Shown piece by piece: positions 62,001 through 64,000 of a stretch of 64,000 bases of DNA (positions are counted from its first letter, which is position 1; each line of letters opens with the position of its first letter). Both the position numbers and the translations under genes were made by a program. The DNA comes from Bugula neritina (lineage: Eukaryota > Animalia > Bryozoa). The notes below the pieces were generated by a model. The model saw only the letters and a list, made by a program, of their open reading frames with translations. It did no database searches and had not been told where the DNA came from. Where the stretch lies: the NCBI GenBank assembly GCA_964035545.1, contig OZ037765.1, positions 25,729,504 through 25,793,503 of the forward strand, written 5' to 3'.

Positions 62001-63609
62001 TACATATACAATCGTTTAGTGTTTACACATGTGTGATATAAGGCTTTGCTACGTCTAAAGTTGAATTACTGCAGCCTACAAGTTCCTTGGTCTTGGGGAC
62101 ATTGACAGGAATTACTGAGCTTAGAGCTGGGATATTACTAAGCTACTAGTAAGGGAACTCTATTATACTGGTTGAGGGTTTAAAACTTTAAGGATCAACA
62201 ATTCAACAAGAATACCATTATATGTACTACCAACTATTATGACAAACTGTAACTACAACAAGAACTGAAATATAAGCTAGTTTGAAGCCGCTTACTTGTT
62301 GTAGTTTTTAAATTTCTTTAGAGGTTTGTTTTATCCAGCCTGTCACAATGATAGATGAGTTTTGTGTGATTTGACCAAAGCAATAGCTCAGTTAGACCAA
62401 ACTTGAATATATCATTTTGAATTAACTAAACACATCTAATTATGGATTCATAGTTCATGATGCCATAAATTGAAATTTGTTCAGAAACAGTAGTTTTCAA
62501 ATTTCTTAAAAACACAATGTTATTGTTATAGCTTTTTACTCGTTTTCATAATTAAGAAGTTTACTAGAAACTACTAGAAACGAAAAAGAACCAACATCGC
62601 TATCAATACTCCTGCAACAGTTTGACATCCGCCAATACTATTATCAATGTTCTCTTAATAAGCAATGTGTATGCAGGGATAGTTGTGGTAATAGTGCCTG
62701 TCAGTAAACCGGTCTATGAAAGAGAGAAGAAAGAATTAGGACACACACCTTGCTGAAGAACTGACTTTGACCAGCTACTAGCACCGTAGAGCCAGTGAGA
62801 GACCTCTTTCTCTCTACAGTGTCATCAGTTCTGTTATTTACTTGATTCTAAAAAGTCATATAAATATTTATTCCTTATGAAAATTAATGTTGAAGTTAAT
62901 TCTAAACACCACACTATGACAATGACCTACAACTTCAGCTTTCAGCTCTAGTGGGCAAGGTTCTCTTCATTACACAAAGTTAAATTTGAAAATTGATATT
63001 TATCATCATGTGATTGTAAAAGCACAAAGCCTTATGTTACAACTCACAACACATCAATTACAGATACTAGTTTTACAAAACTATGGTTGAAGGGAATATA
63101 ATGAATAGGGAGGTTACTGATTGCTATTTATCAAAGTGCCATGGCTACCACTGACTACATGCTAAGGTATGCAGTTGCTAAACAGCTCTAGTGACAACGT
63201 AGATATCTAACCTGTGCAAAGAAATTACTGTTACCAACACCTGTATACAATGTGCCCGTGTCAGTTAGTCTGCGGATTGGTGTGTCCTCCATATCCTATA
63301 CAATGGTAATCAGCAGGATATTTTACTAGCAATTCAGAACAGCAACAATTCATATAATTTTATATTTACTAGTTTGTAAATAACACAAATACAGCAAAGA
63401 ATATCCATATAATATATAATGAACAATAGGCTGTTCACAGAAAGGCACGTAGTATAACTATTATATAACAATGGACAACATTAGAAAGTATTAAAGTGAG
63501 CCAAGTGGAGTCAAATGAAAAGAAACTGCCCCAAAAGAATGAGATAAACATGACTTACCAGACTTGAGTGGAATGTGTTAAGACTTTGCCTGTTTTGAGT
63601 GCTCGCCAT
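53083..63609 (-). CDS. ARHGAP32: PX-SH3-RhoGAP protein of the ARHGAP32/33 (PX-RICS/TCGAP, CdGAPr) family
   Basis: Minus-strand exons 5'->3': 63609-63559, 63295-63212, 62847-62749, 61617-61553, 61308-61218, 60823-60623, 60468-60376, 59978-59853, 58463-58386, 57693-57600, 57453-57304, 57093-56991, 56338-56197, 55850-55768, 55670-55563, 55375-55233, 54905-54651, 53915-53083. Motifs: 'FPQLKEFAHFHY', PX 'SWVVHRSAENFILLDRQIHYCVFDRNYSQL', 'INCGTVLNFFE', SH3 'AINIPAVA..ELELKEGDLISVID..WWRGK..VGFFPSECVE', GAP 'LFGSDLGEHL..DGIYRLSG..KTYFRELPNPLLT..LPPPHYRT..NLAIVWAPNL'. The first four exons rest on splice signals and phase only. Confidence 0.92.
56575..56982. repeat. Compound minisatellite: [(AC)n-TACAGAGTAGA] x ~18 with variable AC tract
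   Basis: Directly visible. Ends a few nt from the GT donor of the RhoGAP arginine-finger exon (56991). Confidence 0.95.
58979..59140 (-). mobile_element. Second copy of the LINE 3' end (~160 bp), inside an ARHGAP intron
   Basis: Reverse complement matches 36600-36763 almost base for base: tatataactgtcaaccattcatggctcggtgcctc.acta.ctacagtgctattgcgccataggccctgtcattttgtttattttt...gacaaaataaaaacaaacaaacaaac. Confidence 0.92.
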
Positions 63610-64000
63610 TCTGAATCTAGATAAAACATGATGTGAAGTTGGTCAGTTTTTGAATGATAAGTTTCAGATAAAATCAACAGCAAATATTATAAATATTTAT
63701 TTAATACCTGACATTTACCTGTTTATACTAATAGGTATGTTTTGTTCACTGGTTAAAACAGGATGACTGAGTTACCTTTTCTAATTATAAATGCGTTGAA
63801 TATAATTTTATCCACACTAGTTGAATATAGTACTGCAGTATGATTATAGTAATAAATCACCCACTCCAAATATTTCTACTTCAAATGAGAATCAGTTTAG
63901 ATACTATTAGAATGAACCATTCAGGTAGGTATTATAATAGATTGCAAAATGTATTGAATGCTGGCGGATATCTTAGTCTATTCAAAACGATAATCTTTTA

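Noticed and set aside
12142-63609. Search for minor-spliceosome (U12, AT-AC or GTATCCT donor) introns
   Set aside because: All reconstructed introns are GT-AG without the U12 donor consensus.

Overview
AT-rich, intron-dense eukaryotic DNA from an invertebrate animal. The 7-EGF Slit and short introns suggest a compact lophotrochozoan-like genome (inference). I reconstructed four protein-coding genes exon by exon from splice sites and reading frame: (1) an ALP-type PDZ-ZM-LIM gene (+, 1318-10835) with two duplicated alternative last exons; (2) Slit (+, 12142-32396, 24 coding exons); (3) MAP3K1/MEKK1 (+, 37555-52423, 27 coding exons); (4) a PX-SH3-RhoGAP of the ARHGAP32/33 family (-, 63609-53083), tail-to-tail with MAP3K1. 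Mobile and repetitive DNA includes a 5'-truncated CR1/L2-group LINE inside a degenerate hexamer array, a second copy of that LINE's 3' end, a ~417-bp fold-back element, a tRNA-derived SINE with an older relative, and several minisatellites. I see no wholly new biological system. The most notable observations are the alternative last exons that swap the final zinc ligand of the LIM domain, the Slit C-terminal domain that has lost apparently paired cysteines of the cystine knot, and the intron-free 3' part of Slit.
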